This document shows, in pieces, positions 48,913 to 61,869 of a stretch of 64,000 bases of DNA; the first letter of the stretch is position 1; the number at the start of each line of letters is the position of its first letter. Origin of the DNA: Ramazzottius varieornatus. Taxonomy: Eukaryota; Animalia; Tardigrada. A model generated the notes under the pieces. It was given only the letters and a program-made list of their open reading frames with translations, ran no database searches and was not told where the DNA came from. The stretch spans positions 859,153 through 923,152 of the forward strand of contig BDGG01000001.1 in the NCBI GenBank assembly GCA_001949185.1, read 5' to 3'. Both the position numbers and the translations under genes were made by a program.

Positions 48913-51080
48913 ACGAACCGATCGTGTGGAACAATTTTACGTTATGCGTGCTACAGAAGAGCCGCTATGCCTTGCCTCGTACTGCATCTACTCGGTCGGA
49001 GTCACCATCAACATTTTGTGCATTTGATCAAGAAACTCACTGCCCACTTGACTTTTCTGTTATGGTGTTTGTTGACTACCACTTCGAAATGGGAGTTGCG
49101 TATCTAACGTATTTCCCGAGGTAAACTGCTACACTGTACAGATACACTGAAATGTGTGAACTGAAACTGTAGATCGCTTGTTTGTAATCCTGCAATGCTT
49201 CGGAGGAGAACTCTGCAGTGCAATCAGTGATCTTCAAACCGCCCGTGAGGTCTCTTCAGCTGACGTGAGATGTGGGACACACCTTTGCGCCATCTAACGA
49301 AACAATTGTGCATGCGTGACAGCAGCTACAACACTGAGACCGAGGTAGATAACGGGGTGGGTGCGACTATGATCCAAATCTACATTGAATATATACTGTG
49401 TTGCGGCCAATCGACTCTTCCCTTCGGGCTGCTCGACGGGTCTGGGGAAATCCATGCGATTGATTCCAGTTCGTTGAAAGAAATGAGAATCTCAAGGTGG
49501 ACGTGCGTACTGGGGAGGCTTCCATCGACGACACTGGAACACGCACACCTGTTGTTGTCTTTTATCGTTACTCTTCTTTGATAAAGTCCTCGCAGGTAGT
49601 CGATCCGTGACCTTCATGCCGTTGATACGTATGTACCAGCATGGAATTTCCATTCCGAGGTTTGCCATGTTTCTCGCAGAGCGTTGGCATTTCGAACGCA
49701 CCTACTAACAAGCTGAGGTGGAACACGACTAAGGACACTCCCTAGCCCTACAAAAACACTTGGCTCACTGACATCGCGCCTTGCGGGCTCTATGGTGTGA
49801 TGGGACTGCACACTATCTGGTACGCGCATCCGTTCTTTCCATCATGACACATTTCCGACTGTCGAAACGCTACGAGGCAAAGGTCCTAACTTTGCTAGCA
49901 TACGTCATGCCTACGTTACAAGCTTACAGTGCCTACAAATTTCTCGTGACGGAGGCTAGCAACGTTAGGACTTTTTCCACGTACAGTACTTGTGAATTCG
50001 AAGGTTTGCAACGAATAAGAACCTTCAGACAAGAGTTGAATTCGCACTGATCATCATCCACACGTTTAGCTGCAGTTGTCGCTTTTCTCTGTCCACATCG
50101 GTGACACGATCAAGGCGGGCACCGTCTATCGATCGGCAATCTTGGCTAATGCGCGGTACCTAACCTGCCATTACATTTAGCCACCAGCCAAACCAACCAA
50201 ACAAGTGGGAGATCTGGGTTTTGGAGGAATGGGCCACAAGGCTTCACGGCTTTCCAACAAAGCAAACGATCTACGGTGAACTCATCCCTGCATGTACACG
50301 CAAGAAGGCAAAGTCTGGACCAGGCTTTTTCGCTAGGGCGGCAAGGGAACACGCACATACGCAGCTGCTTCACACTGATGCACCAGGTGAAAGACGCGAT
50401 GTGTTTATAACAGTGTTTCCCCTCATGATTCGGCCAATTTTCATCTTCACATCAGCTACGACAAATTGCGTACATCTTGCTTCCGAAGAAAGAAAGAAAG
50501 ACCCTTGTACTAGAGATATCAACTAACTACAGTTGATATGAGGAGAATCTGTGTGATCCGGAGTCGAGGAATAATCTTCGGGATGCCTTCATGATCTTTC
50601 ATGAGCGGATCATGAGGGAAAAAGACTATAATGAACACATGGCTTCTTTTACCTTGTAGTTTCAAGATCTTTCGTATCCATTTCGTATCGATGAGGATGT
50701 CATGAGACTCGATCTGGAACGACTTTGCCGAAGCTGGAAAAACCGTCGAACTTGGATTTCTGGGAAACAGAGAAACTGTCCTACAGCAATCAGTTGCAGA
50801 GTGCCTGTAAACTGTGCGTCGAAATGATGGGGAACACGCCTAAGCTAAGCCACGCCAACCAGTGAAAAAACGGGAGTCGATCTGAGCGATTGTGAAAATC
50901 GTATAGTACTTCGAAAGATATGATAAGGACTCTAGTCTAACAGCCCACTGCAGCGTAGATTTCCTCGCTGAGTCATGAAACCAGCCAGTGTGCGATGCCC
51001 TTCTTCGAGCAGTTCCGCGGACAGGGATCATAAGCACACTCATAACAACGGTCTCGAGAGGTTTTTTTGCGCTGGTCAAC

Positions 51081-52534
51081 ATGTCATCCCACGTGATACC
51101 TGCTGACCACGGCAAAGGGTGAGCGTGAAGCGGTTTAAATCGTCTTTGAACCTTCCATGGGGACTCCTTTCCGAACCGATCCTGTCCGTGGTGGATGTTC
51201 AGCTTTTAGCTTTGAGTCGACTTGACACTACCGTGCTAAACTGAGGAACACTTTATGGTTCTTAGATATTCAGAGTCTGCCTTCTTTTTAAGGAATGGTC
51301 CTCGAGCAGTGCCCCGTGACTACGCCGAGCACCGACCAAGCTGGAGGAAGAGACTGGGTAACACCTTTCGCGTCAAAAATGAGCTGTTCCGTCATATGAT
51401 CGCGGAGTTCTACGGCACCTTCATTCTGATGGTGAGGCCAGACCGAGCATTCCTTCTCCTCACATGTACGCCGTACAAAAATTGGCGTTTAAATTGTTTC
51501 AGGTCTTTATCGAAAGCACAGTCATGTCGCAAGCTTTCGCCGGTCGGCGCGACGATGCCTTTTTTATTGCCGTAGCCCACGGCTTATCGGTGACGATGGC
51601 CATTTATTCCTGCGCAGGAGTATCTGGTGCTGTCTTGAACCCGGCACTCAACTTTGCCTTTGCACTGGTTGGCAAGCTGAGCTGGACCCACGCCCTCTTC
51701 TACAGCTTTGCACAATATGCTGGAGCATTCGTCGCTTCCGGTGTCGTTTACACCGTCCAGTACGGTAACTAGTCCTCTCACAATCTCCAAAAAAAAGTCT
51801 CGGAGACAGCTCTTTTCTGGGCAGTTCCCTGAGCTTTTTTAAGACACGGGCTTGTCATTCGCAACGAAATTATGGGAATGGGCTCCGTAACTGTTGAAGT
51901 ATATCGGCCATTGATTTTGCTCCATTTCTGCGGTTGCTTGCAGAAGCTGTCAACAAGTTCGACGGAGGTGTGCGCCAGTCCTTCGGTGAGAATGGAAGTG
52001 CTGCCTTCTATTCGACCTTTCCCGGAGAACATCACTCCGTCGCCAGCAGTTTCCTCCATGAGATGGTCTGCACCGCACTGCTCATGAGTGGTGTACTGTC
52101 CATGGCCGACGAGAAGAACTGGAAGCCGCACAAAGGCTTCATACCGGTAGCTACCGGCCTTCTGATCACCACCATCCTTCTGGCTTTTGGCGCCAATGAA
52201 GGCGTTGGCATGAACCCAGCCAGAGATCTGTCGCCGCGGCTCTTCATGTTGGCTGCCGGCTATCCGCTGGATGTGCTGAGGTAGGCGCAGGACATTTGTC
52301 TGTTAGAAACTTGTTCGACCAGGTTGTGGGAAAAAACACGGTCAGTTTCGTTGACTTGTCACGGTTCACAACTGTACGCTGCATTTTTTTTGCAGTTTTT
52401 GGGACTACAACTACTTTTGGATACCGGTAGTGGCGCCACATGTTGGAGCGATTGTTGGCGCCCTCACTTACACATTCTTTATTGAGGTCCAGCATCCTGT
52501 CCGCAGAGAAGACACACCCTATTATCCGCAGTGA
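51081..52534 (+). CDS. Aquaglyceroporin-like MIP channel, copy A
   Basis: AEFYGTFIL, SGAVLNPA, AQYAGAF, MNPARDLSPR and YFWIPVVAPHVGA; five exons. Confidence 0.95.
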
Positions 52535-53801
52535 TTTTGAGCTGGATATTTCACTATACCAGGACCGTTTGATATAGTTTTTCACTACAATCAAAGTTCG
52601 GTGGCTGATATGCTCTGCCATCGTGGATGTAACTTCTCGAACCAGCTATTTCCCTCGTCAGCTGCACAGTCGAGAGTATCGTGTGAAAAAAATGCTTTTG
52701 TTGCACTTATGGTGCGGTACATTAGAACAAGATAGCATTCTTCACGTGAGTGGAACTTGACATTCCTGTACAAGATCACTTCCTGAACTTGACGAACAGC
52801 CCCACACGATGGAAAAAGAAAAGATGACTAATAAATCAAAACGATCGGTTAAATATTTTCATGTCACTTTGGTGTCCATCTTTGTGCTGAATTGTTTGTC
52901 CCATGGCATCGTCTGGACATCACTCAAGGTTACGAGCTCAAAACTCCGAGTCTTCAGTAACATCACTGCTCTTGAGGAAAGTTTCATGGTGGGAGTTCTT
53001 GGTGAAGACCTGCAATGGACTTCGGAGACATTCCACTGTCCACAACGAAAAAGCGCCACAATCGCAACGCAACTTTGATCTAAGGGATTCAGTCTTTGTC
53101 GACGACAAATCACTCGAAGCAGCCAACACCACTTTTGAGGTGGATGAATGCAATCAGAGTGCTCGGCAAATTCTTCCCTTATCTCCACGACGCAAATCCA
53201 TCTTCGCTACGGTGTAAGCTGATCAGAACAGTTCTGAGTTATGACAAGCATGGTCACATGCGAGGAAAATGGTACTTTACCGTGAATAAACTATCATCTT
53301 ATGATTAATCTATTCATAAAAAAACGCATGGTATTGGAAACCCAAAGTTCAATTTCACATTTGCTGAAACAAATTCCGCATTCCTCCCTATGAACTTTGT
53401 AAATGGAGTGAGCTGGCCTTGTGTGCTCAGTAGTCCTGACGCAGTACGCAGGTACCTTAAGTCACTTGCTACAACGTCAACATTGGCCTTCTTATCTAAA
53501 CTTGGGCTGAATTCCTTGGCCGCCAGTTACAAGACAGCGTCGATGAAGGAAGAATACTGGCTGTTGACAGTAAATTCTGCCGACGACGGGTGATATCCTC
53601 TTATCAGTCACAAAGGAGTGACCATGCCGAACTTCTGCGTGCATAGATTTCTCCTATATCAGCCTGATAAGAAATGAACGTGAAATAGTTCATTGGCAGG
53701 TATCTTCGAGTTATGAAACTGTTGTCTTTGATGGACATATTCAAAATTATTCAGCTGTCCTAATTCAAGTTTTTCAAGCTTTGCCGTTTTTCTGAAGCGC
53801 A

Positions 53802-55215
53802 ATGGCTAGAACCACTGGGAACTATAGCTATGAGATGGAAGTTCGTCATGAAAAAGACCAGTAAGTTCGTCGAAGTGCCTGCAACAACAATGGGACAATC
53901 GAAGTGTTGACTCTGGTACAGTAAACGTCCATGGTTTTCATCAACAGATTACAATCAGAGGCTGCTTTGTTTTTAAGGAATGGTATCAAGGCCGTGCCCA
54001 GCAGTTATCCCACGCACAGTCTGACCTGGAGAGGTAACCTTGCAAGGAAATTACGCATCAAAAACGAACTGGCTCGACATACCTTGGCCGAGTTCTTCTC
54101 GACCTTCTTCCTTATGGTACTTTCATGCTTTCGTTCTAATCAACCAGATACAACGAACAATGACGGCTATTTGCCTCTTGAACCTAGATCTTCATTGAGA
54201 GTACGGTGGCGTCCCAAGCATTGGCCGGACAGAAGCAGGACTTGTTGCTGATCGCTCTCGGTCAAGGTCTGGGCGTGACCATGGGCATTTACGTCTCGGG
54301 CGGGGTCTCTGGTGCCGTCCTGAACCCTGCCATCGGCGTTGCCTTCTCCATTATCGGCAAACTGACTTGGATACACACCTTCTTTTACGCAATGGCCCAG
54401 TACGCCGGCTCCTTCCTGGCTGCTTCCCTCGTCTACGGCATCATGTACGGTAAGCAAAACAAACGGACAGGACGATAAAACCGAGTGTTCTGTCCTGCTC
54501 TAAAATTCAATTCTGCGCTTCAATATATCGGTCACATACACTTAGTTTCCTTCTGCATTACGCTACTGATATGACCGGTTTACTACTAACTGTTCCAGCA
54601 AATTTCCGGAATGTTCTGTTGTTACTTATAGAGCCACTGGAAGTGTACGATGGGGGCGTGCGGCAGGTTGTCGATAACGCTAACGGCACTGGAGGGACCG
54701 GTACATGGTGGGCGACACTGCCACCCGACCACCGCAGTATAGGTGGCGCTTTCCTGCACGAAGGGGCTTGCACGGCCTTCCTGGTTATTGGCGTTCTGGC
54801 CATCACCGATGACCGCAACTGGAAACCGCACAAAGGCTTCATCCCCTTCGCCATCGGCATGGTGGTCACCACCATCTTGCTGGGCTTCGGCGCCAACGAG
54901 CCCGTCTCGATGAATCCGGCCAGGGATTTCGCACCGAGAATGTTTGCTTTACTAGCCGGCTATCCACTGGAAATGTTCAGGTAAAGCAGCCAATGCACAA
55001 GTGAATCGAAAGCGTCTGACATTTGCATGATTGTTCCCTTCAGTATCAACAACTATGGATACTTTTGGATTCCTATTGTGGCGACGCACCTAGGCGCCAT
55101 CATTGGAGCACTGCTATACACCGTCTGTATCGAGTTACATCATGTTCCTCAAGAGGAAGATACGCCCATATTTCCCGATGAAGGTCGCGATCGTGAAAAG
55201 AAACCATCGCGCTGA
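53802..55215 (+). CDS. Aquaglyceroporin-like MIP channel, copy B (tandem paralog)
   Basis: AEFFSTFFL, SGAVLNPA, MNPARDFAPR and YFWIPIVATHLGA; same intron positions as copy A. Confidence 0.95.
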
Positions 55216-55797
55216 CCGTTCTCATGTCATTCGGTTTGAATTTCCCAGTTTAATGCACAATTTTATACGCCCTAGAGCTACCAGTAAGACTGTTTTGTAC
55301 CGATATATACTGACACTGTTGACCGAACCTGCGTTCCCAAGTTTACGAAATGACTACCAATAACGATGACAGATTACTGTTGACAGATCTAAAGTAAGCA
55401 GCTTCGATAATACCAGTATTCAACCAAGGAAAACTGGCGCTGTTCCACTTCTCGGCCGGAAAGCAGAATAAACCTCGAACGTTAACCTTTCTATCTCGCC
55501 AATTTTCAGTCGAGCGGGGTAGACTAAATCAGTGGTTTCGGTCCATCCCCTCCAATCAGCTGTCGATCGTAGTGTAAAAGTGTACCCGTAGATTATACCG
55601 CATCGATTATCTTGGAGGACAAAAGGGTACTGTTTTCGATGGTCCACCATATATCAAAGCAGTTCAAATTTATGAAGGTTTTCATCTCCCAACTTTGCTG
55701 TAGCAGCTTTGGTCAAGACAAGAAGGACAACATAGGCTTATCAGGTGTTTCTCCAATTGGAGCTTGTTCCTACAATGACGTCATGAACTGTCAGGCT

Positions 55798-58649
55798 CTA
55801 CCATAAGCTGCACGGTGTCAAGTTTCTCCAGAAGCTGAGCTTGCGTAGGTTGTCTTTGTCCTTCACCCAGGTGGCCGCCTGATTCAAGTCATGGATTTCG
55901 GCGTTGCGTCCGACCGATGGTCCAGTGGAGCGTCTGCAAGATACCAAGCCACTGGTGAGACCGATACTGTAAGTGCTTTGTCAGTAGCGCCTTCACTGCG
56001 CCGCCCCAGAAGGTACGTTCACCAGTGCCTTACCCCGTATGCGCCACCTGACGCAAGAAGGCATGCAGGGATGCTGTCACAGCGTCGCTAGTCTTAGGTC
56101 CCATGAAGGCGTCCAGGTTTCCACGGAACAAGTGGAGAACATCCATCGTGTGGAATGCCTCTGTCAAGTGTTCAAGTGGGTAAAAGTGACCGAGGCCGTC
56201 TTACGGGAGTAAAGTATGGGTATGGCCATTCAACTTGAACAGATGAACGTACTCAGGTTGTGGAAGTCCAGGTCAGTGGAAATGCGGTACATCTGGTTGG
56301 TCTTGGGAGCGATACTGGCGTACAAGTTAGCTTCTTTCAAAGTGGCCACGGCAAACTCGGCATCGGTGAAAATCTGCAAACCCAACAGCGGCGTGAGGGA
56401 TGGGTGCTCAAGTAGCGGAAAAGTCAAAGTTGGGCTGGAAAGTCGGTCAAACCGGGCCCAGCCATCGAGTCGCTAGGTAAACTGACTAGTGTCGATTTTG
56501 ACATTTGGTTTATCCATACTTCAACTAAAATCTCGCGGTATTCGCGGTTGGACATGCCCTTCTTGATCTTGTAGAAGCTCTCCAGTTTCAGCACGGCTAT
56601 AGGTGCGTAGAGGGGACAGCCTGTCCGGATGGCGATGTAGGTGGTCAGCGTGGTCAACATCATGTTGTGGCTGTAGGGAAAACTGTCGCTCATCATTTGC
56701 GGCATGATCACTACGAAAACCAACAAGCGTTCCGCATCCACAACGTTACGTATACAAAGAGCAAATTGGGGCTCAAGAAATATCGCATACGCCAGAGCAT
56801 GTAAGCCATGTCTTCTTTCATGTAACCGGTGATGAAGTTGGCGGACTTTCCGCTGCCGGGACGTTTGGCTCGGTCTTTCAGGATTTGCTCAGGATGTTTG
56901 GCAATGTGAACTCCATCGATAACCGGAACGAAGTTCTGCGCCAAACAAAGTGCGACTGATTGAAAAATGGTCGACTTCGAAATGTGACTTGGTCAATCAG
57001 CCATCGACTCTTTCTTAACCCAGTTATGAATCACAGTCCATTACTGCGTAACCAACTTTTATTTTTCATCAACGATGGACGGTCATTCTTGGATAATTCG
57101 TGCTTACTTACCGTTGTTGCGTCTTTGCCAGTGGCGTGTTTCAGTATACGATCAACAGACACTGTTTTGATACAGTCAACCATGGCCTGGTTGGTGTTTG
57201 TGGGGCACCTCAACTTCTTCGCCAAAGATTTCGTCCCATCGACGGCGTCTTTGGCAAGAGCCCATGGCGCCAGCATGCTACCACTGAAGGCCACTCCGGC
57301 TTTGACATTTTCACGGATGTCGTCATCCAGTAAGAGCGCACTGACCATGCCTGCACCCGAACTCTGCCCGAAGAGGGTGATGCGGTTGACGTCTCCGTTG
57401 AAAGCCACCACGTTGGAACGGACCCAAGATAAGGCCAACTTGACGTCGCCAAGTCCCCAGTTGCCTTTCGCACTTTGATCCATCGTACTCAGAAAGCCTT
57501 TTTGTTCAAAGTAACACACAATATCAGACAGACAGCACACTATTTCTCAAAAGAAATGATAAAGTGTGTATTGTACCAAACGCCGATAACCGATGGTTGA
57601 CCGTGACAACGATTGCGTCGGTGGCAGCCGCTAGGATTGTACTGTTGTAAATATCCTTAGATCCCTCTGAAACAAAAACCTTCATAACAAGTTTTCGTCA
57701 TGCATTAAAAAATACGACTGCTAAAACTTTCAATGGTGTCTGTCTGCGTTCGAGAACTCTAACGTTGGCAAAGTCTGGAAATTCATATCACGTCTCGCAT
57801 TCTGACGAGTCCGTCATCAACCCACGGGCCGAAAGATCCACCGCATAGAGTGATTCTATCAGTTTGTGTTTGTAGTTCGGCTGGAGGCTTTGTTTGGAAT
57901 ACCTCTGAAGACTCCGCCGTGTATGAAAAACATGACGGGCCATTTCTTGTCGGGTTGGCTTTGGACTGCAGGCGGCAGGTAAATGTCCAAGTACAGGCAA
58001 TCTTCGCTCATGTGCGGCACTTGGTTGTTTGCGTTGGGGACCTTTGAGGGAACTTGGGGGCAGGCATATCCCTGTTTCGGCTGGGCGGGATCAGCCAAGT
58101 AGGACCAGTCCTCGTTGAGAACCGAATGCTGCGGGAGGAAGGCGTATTCAGACATTGCGCTTCACAGACAAATTGCAGCAGAGATACCATTTTTCGACGC
58201 CACAGGTTGATGTCTCAACCAACACAAGTACAAGTGTGAAGGGAAAGTTTGGTACAGTAAGAAGTTTGGAACAGGCGGAAAAGACGGCAAACTGAAAACT
58301 CAACCGTAGAAAATTGTCAGACAGTGCATTGAGGTGAACTGCACACGTACGTACGAACTTCCGTCCCACTGTTTCGGAATCGCCTTTTCCAAAACTTTTT
58401 ACTGTTCCAAACTTTCTCTTCACAGCAGACAAGTTTTCGTTTTACCTCGAAGCGGGCAGCCGTTCCATACTTGATGCCATAGAAGGCAAACGTCCGTTGC
58501 TGATGGTCCGCCGATTCACTACTGAGCTCGCCCTGCAGGCTGATGCCGTTCGGTAGGGTGACCACGCCGTCGAAGACTCCTGCAGATATGTAGATAAATT
58601 GCAACAATACGGCTGCCGCAATGAGCGCGGTGCGGCATGTGAATCCCAT
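55798..58649 (-). CDS. Secreted type-B carboxylesterase / cholinesterase-like alpha/beta hydrolase
   Basis: Signal peptide, FYGIKYG..RF, SEDCLYLDIY, PVMFFIHGG, GNWGLGD..AL.WV..N, ITLFGQSSG, FVPVIDG and AFHTMDV. Confidence 0.92.
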
Positions 58650-60789
58650 AGTGAAGATTGGCCTCTTCGTCGCAAAGTTCCGCTTTGCCTGGGTCGGTTG
58701 CAGATGAACCAGCAGAAACAGAACTGTCTGAGGCAGACACTGATACTTCTTTTCTTGTAACAAAAACCTGAGGCATTTTGCCTACCTTGGAATGGAAAAT
58801 TCTGCTCGTATCTGTCGTACTTCGGCCCGAGTCTGACCCTGAGCATTATTAGGGGGTGCAGACTACGGAGAGACAGATTAATGTGTCGAATTTTCTGTGT
58901 CTTACCGATAGTTGCACATTGGCCCTATCTTCGTGCAAAGGTAGACTACCGCACGGAAATCAAACTTTTCAAACTGGTTCAGCGACGCGTTTTCTGAGCG
59001 CAGGCAATGAAACCCCAATTAAGAGAGGTCTTTACGACCGAATGCGAAAGACCTCCTGCAAGCTCCTGCAAATGAGCGTTTGTGTGTGCACGTTACCCAA
59101 CGTCTGCGTTTATTACACGAGGACGGAAGGAGGGCTTACAGGCACGTGCATTCAGTATCTTGATATTTTTGCAACTTTTTTCGTAACGTCACTTCTTTGG
59201 TCTTTCTGAACAATGTTCGTACGCTTGGTCGACCTTACCGGCACAAGGCAAGGCGCGAGTCGAGTAACCATAAACAAAAAATTTCTTCCAGCTTAACCGA
59301 ATCGCAGAAGCTGATTTCACAATAACAGGTATAGCCTAGATTAGAAGCTATTATGCTAATTCATGACCTTCTGGTCAGACATTTGCCAAAATCAGATAGA
59401 AAGCTGATGACACGCCGATTTCACTCTTAGATTTCCTGCATAGGACCTGTGAGTGGTGAACTTTGGAGTTGGGACCAAGATGTCGACTGGGCTAGTTGTA
59501 CAGATATTGTTTCGCGTCCTTGTTCACCAGCAGTCGTACTCCCGGGAGAGAAAGGCTGGTGGGTCCATGCATGGCAGTGAAGGTGGCCAGCCCATTGTAC
59601 AGTATCAATATTAATAGCAGTGTTCGATCGCCTCGAAGACATCGCGTTGCACATTCTTCGGACCTGCGGGCATAACCGGCATGCTTTCCCGACTTAATCG
59701 TCATTGTTCCGCGTTAAACCCAGCCCGGCATCAAGAGTGTGTTCGATTTATTGTTTTCCGTGAGGACGAGCGAGCTGGAAATGTTATCAATCGCACTCTC
59801 CGCTAATCTAAATCGTTGTACTGTCTAGCAAACCCATACTGTAGGATGAAAGTATTACTGCCTACCACAGAACCGGGACACCTGGTCCAGCTTCCTGCCG
59901 CCAATGCGAGGTTGGAGCTTGTGCCCCTGCGAGACTGGGGTCCTCTTCTGTTGCAGAAGCTGACGGCATGGTTTCTGACCACCGAAGAAGCCCTGATCGG
60001 TCCGCGAAACGCTCCACCTGGATATCTGAAAGGCCATCCAACGATACACTGGGTATCTACATTCGAGAACGCGTCCAAAGGGTGCCGGACCAAATGGTTT
60101 AGGAAACGAGTTTTTGTGTTTTGTACCACGGGGAAATTTTCGGAGTGGATATTTACAGCCACCAAACAAACATTAATTTTCTCAACCTGAATTCATTGGC
60201 AGAAAGCGTATACGACCAGCGGTCAAAAAGCTATGGGCGTTTCCCTGAAAGTTCCGAAAATGACAGCCATGAGGCTGAACCGCGCATAGACGCTCTGTCG
60301 CGTACTGCACATACGGATCTCTATATGAGAATGCATCCGAACATGTCATGACCAAATTGTTCACGAGAGCATTTTAAATTTTCTACATCCCCGCGAAGAC
60401 TCAAATTGAGGTTTCAGGGGGGGGGGGGTCGTCGCCAAATAAGAAATTTGGAAATATGATGTACAGTGCGCCACCTGTCAAATTGAAAGGCCAATCTTAT
60501 ATTTGTTCGGGACCACCGGACAATTCATTTCTCGAATCAGGAACATTTTCGGGATGCAGAAATGTTTGAACTCGGGCTGTAATTTTATCTAGAGATACTG
60601 GCTCAACCGAGAGCCCGACTGAATAATAATTTATTGGCTAGGACGAAATTTCCAGCGAAAACGGAAAAATTCCAGAAAGTTTTGTAGATACACTATTCAG
60701 TGACTGCTGGTTGTAGTTTGGAGGAAAGTTAATTCTCCAGGCAAAGAGTGACATACGAGGAGCAAAAGTTCACGAAGCTTTACTTAATT

Positions 60790-61869
60790 TTACTTTCCGT
60801 AACTAGATCGATCGTTGCGGTTGTTCGAATTGGGATTGCAGTCATTATACTGGCCGAAGTTTCCTTGTTGGTTCGCAGCACCTCTGGACTGCGCTTGACC
60901 TCCGTTGTTCGGTCTGCAGCTGTTCGGCGGCTCGTTCACTCGTTCAGGGAAACTCCAGTCGCCGCGTTGGCCGTTCCAGTTCTGCGCTTCTCCGGGTAAT
61001 AAAAAGTCATTTCCTGCAGAACTCTGAAAGTTATTCTGCCCACCAACTTGATTTCGCGGAGGCGAAGCACGAGTCAGGGGGACCGAGCTTCCATACGACC
61101 AACCGTAGAAGTCAGGGTTGGGCGTTACTTCTAGCGTCAAAATGAACGGTTCGAATGTCCCACTGTATGTGGCCGTGTTACCGGTTTGGTAGAGTGGAAT
61201 GATTTGAGGAGGCTTGCCGGAACCGCTGGTGCTGCAGGAATCCGTCGGGGCCGAGTACTGATATGTAGTGTATGGCAGCGGGTTGAACAATCAATGATTG
61301 TGCTGAATGCATACGAGCCATCATCTTTGGTATACTGACGAGCTCGACGTTTCTGTAAACAAACGGACCATGTCCACATTAATGTATGCTGGCATGTGTG
61401 CAGGTTCATGACGCTGAAGATGGACTTACGTAATCGGGAGAAGCTGCCGAGATGTTGCTGTAAGCTCATTCACTGTCAGCATGCTAGACGTCCATGAGAG
61501 CTTTGGTGGGGAAGCCGCAGATGTCTACCAGGCGGTTCAGGCGAACTGTGCCGTTCAGGTACAACCGGAAATTACCCGGGGTGTTGACGCAGATGCTGGG
61601 CACTTCGTTACCGACAAGGTGTTGTATGGGTGAGTTCGGCTTGTAGAATGGACCCAGCGTATCGCCCGTCGTCTGACGGCCGTATTTGCAACCATCTTGC
61701 TAGTTAAATTGGCCCAAGACCACGTCCAACACCACTGTCAATGATCCAGATAAATCAAAATCGAGGCTGACGGTCATGGTGCTCGCTGATGGAAAAAGCT
61801 GGGTCGCTTACCGATAATAAATCCAATCACTGCCCAAGCGAATAGGCGAAGGAAATCAAACTTTAGCAC
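60790..61869 (-). pseudogene. Secreted intradiol ring-cleavage dioxygenase-like pseudogene
   Basis: TTGDTLGPFYKPNSP, LYLNGTV, ALMDV*HADSE*AY and ARQYTKDDGSYAFSTI. Stops at 61700-61702, 61484-61486 and 61466-61468; the RPxHIH region is eroded; spliceosomal introns are present. Confidence 0.8.

Noticed and set aside
59400-60200. Overlapping 70-124 aa ORFs on both strands
   Set aside because: No consistent frame, splice structure or family motif could be supported.
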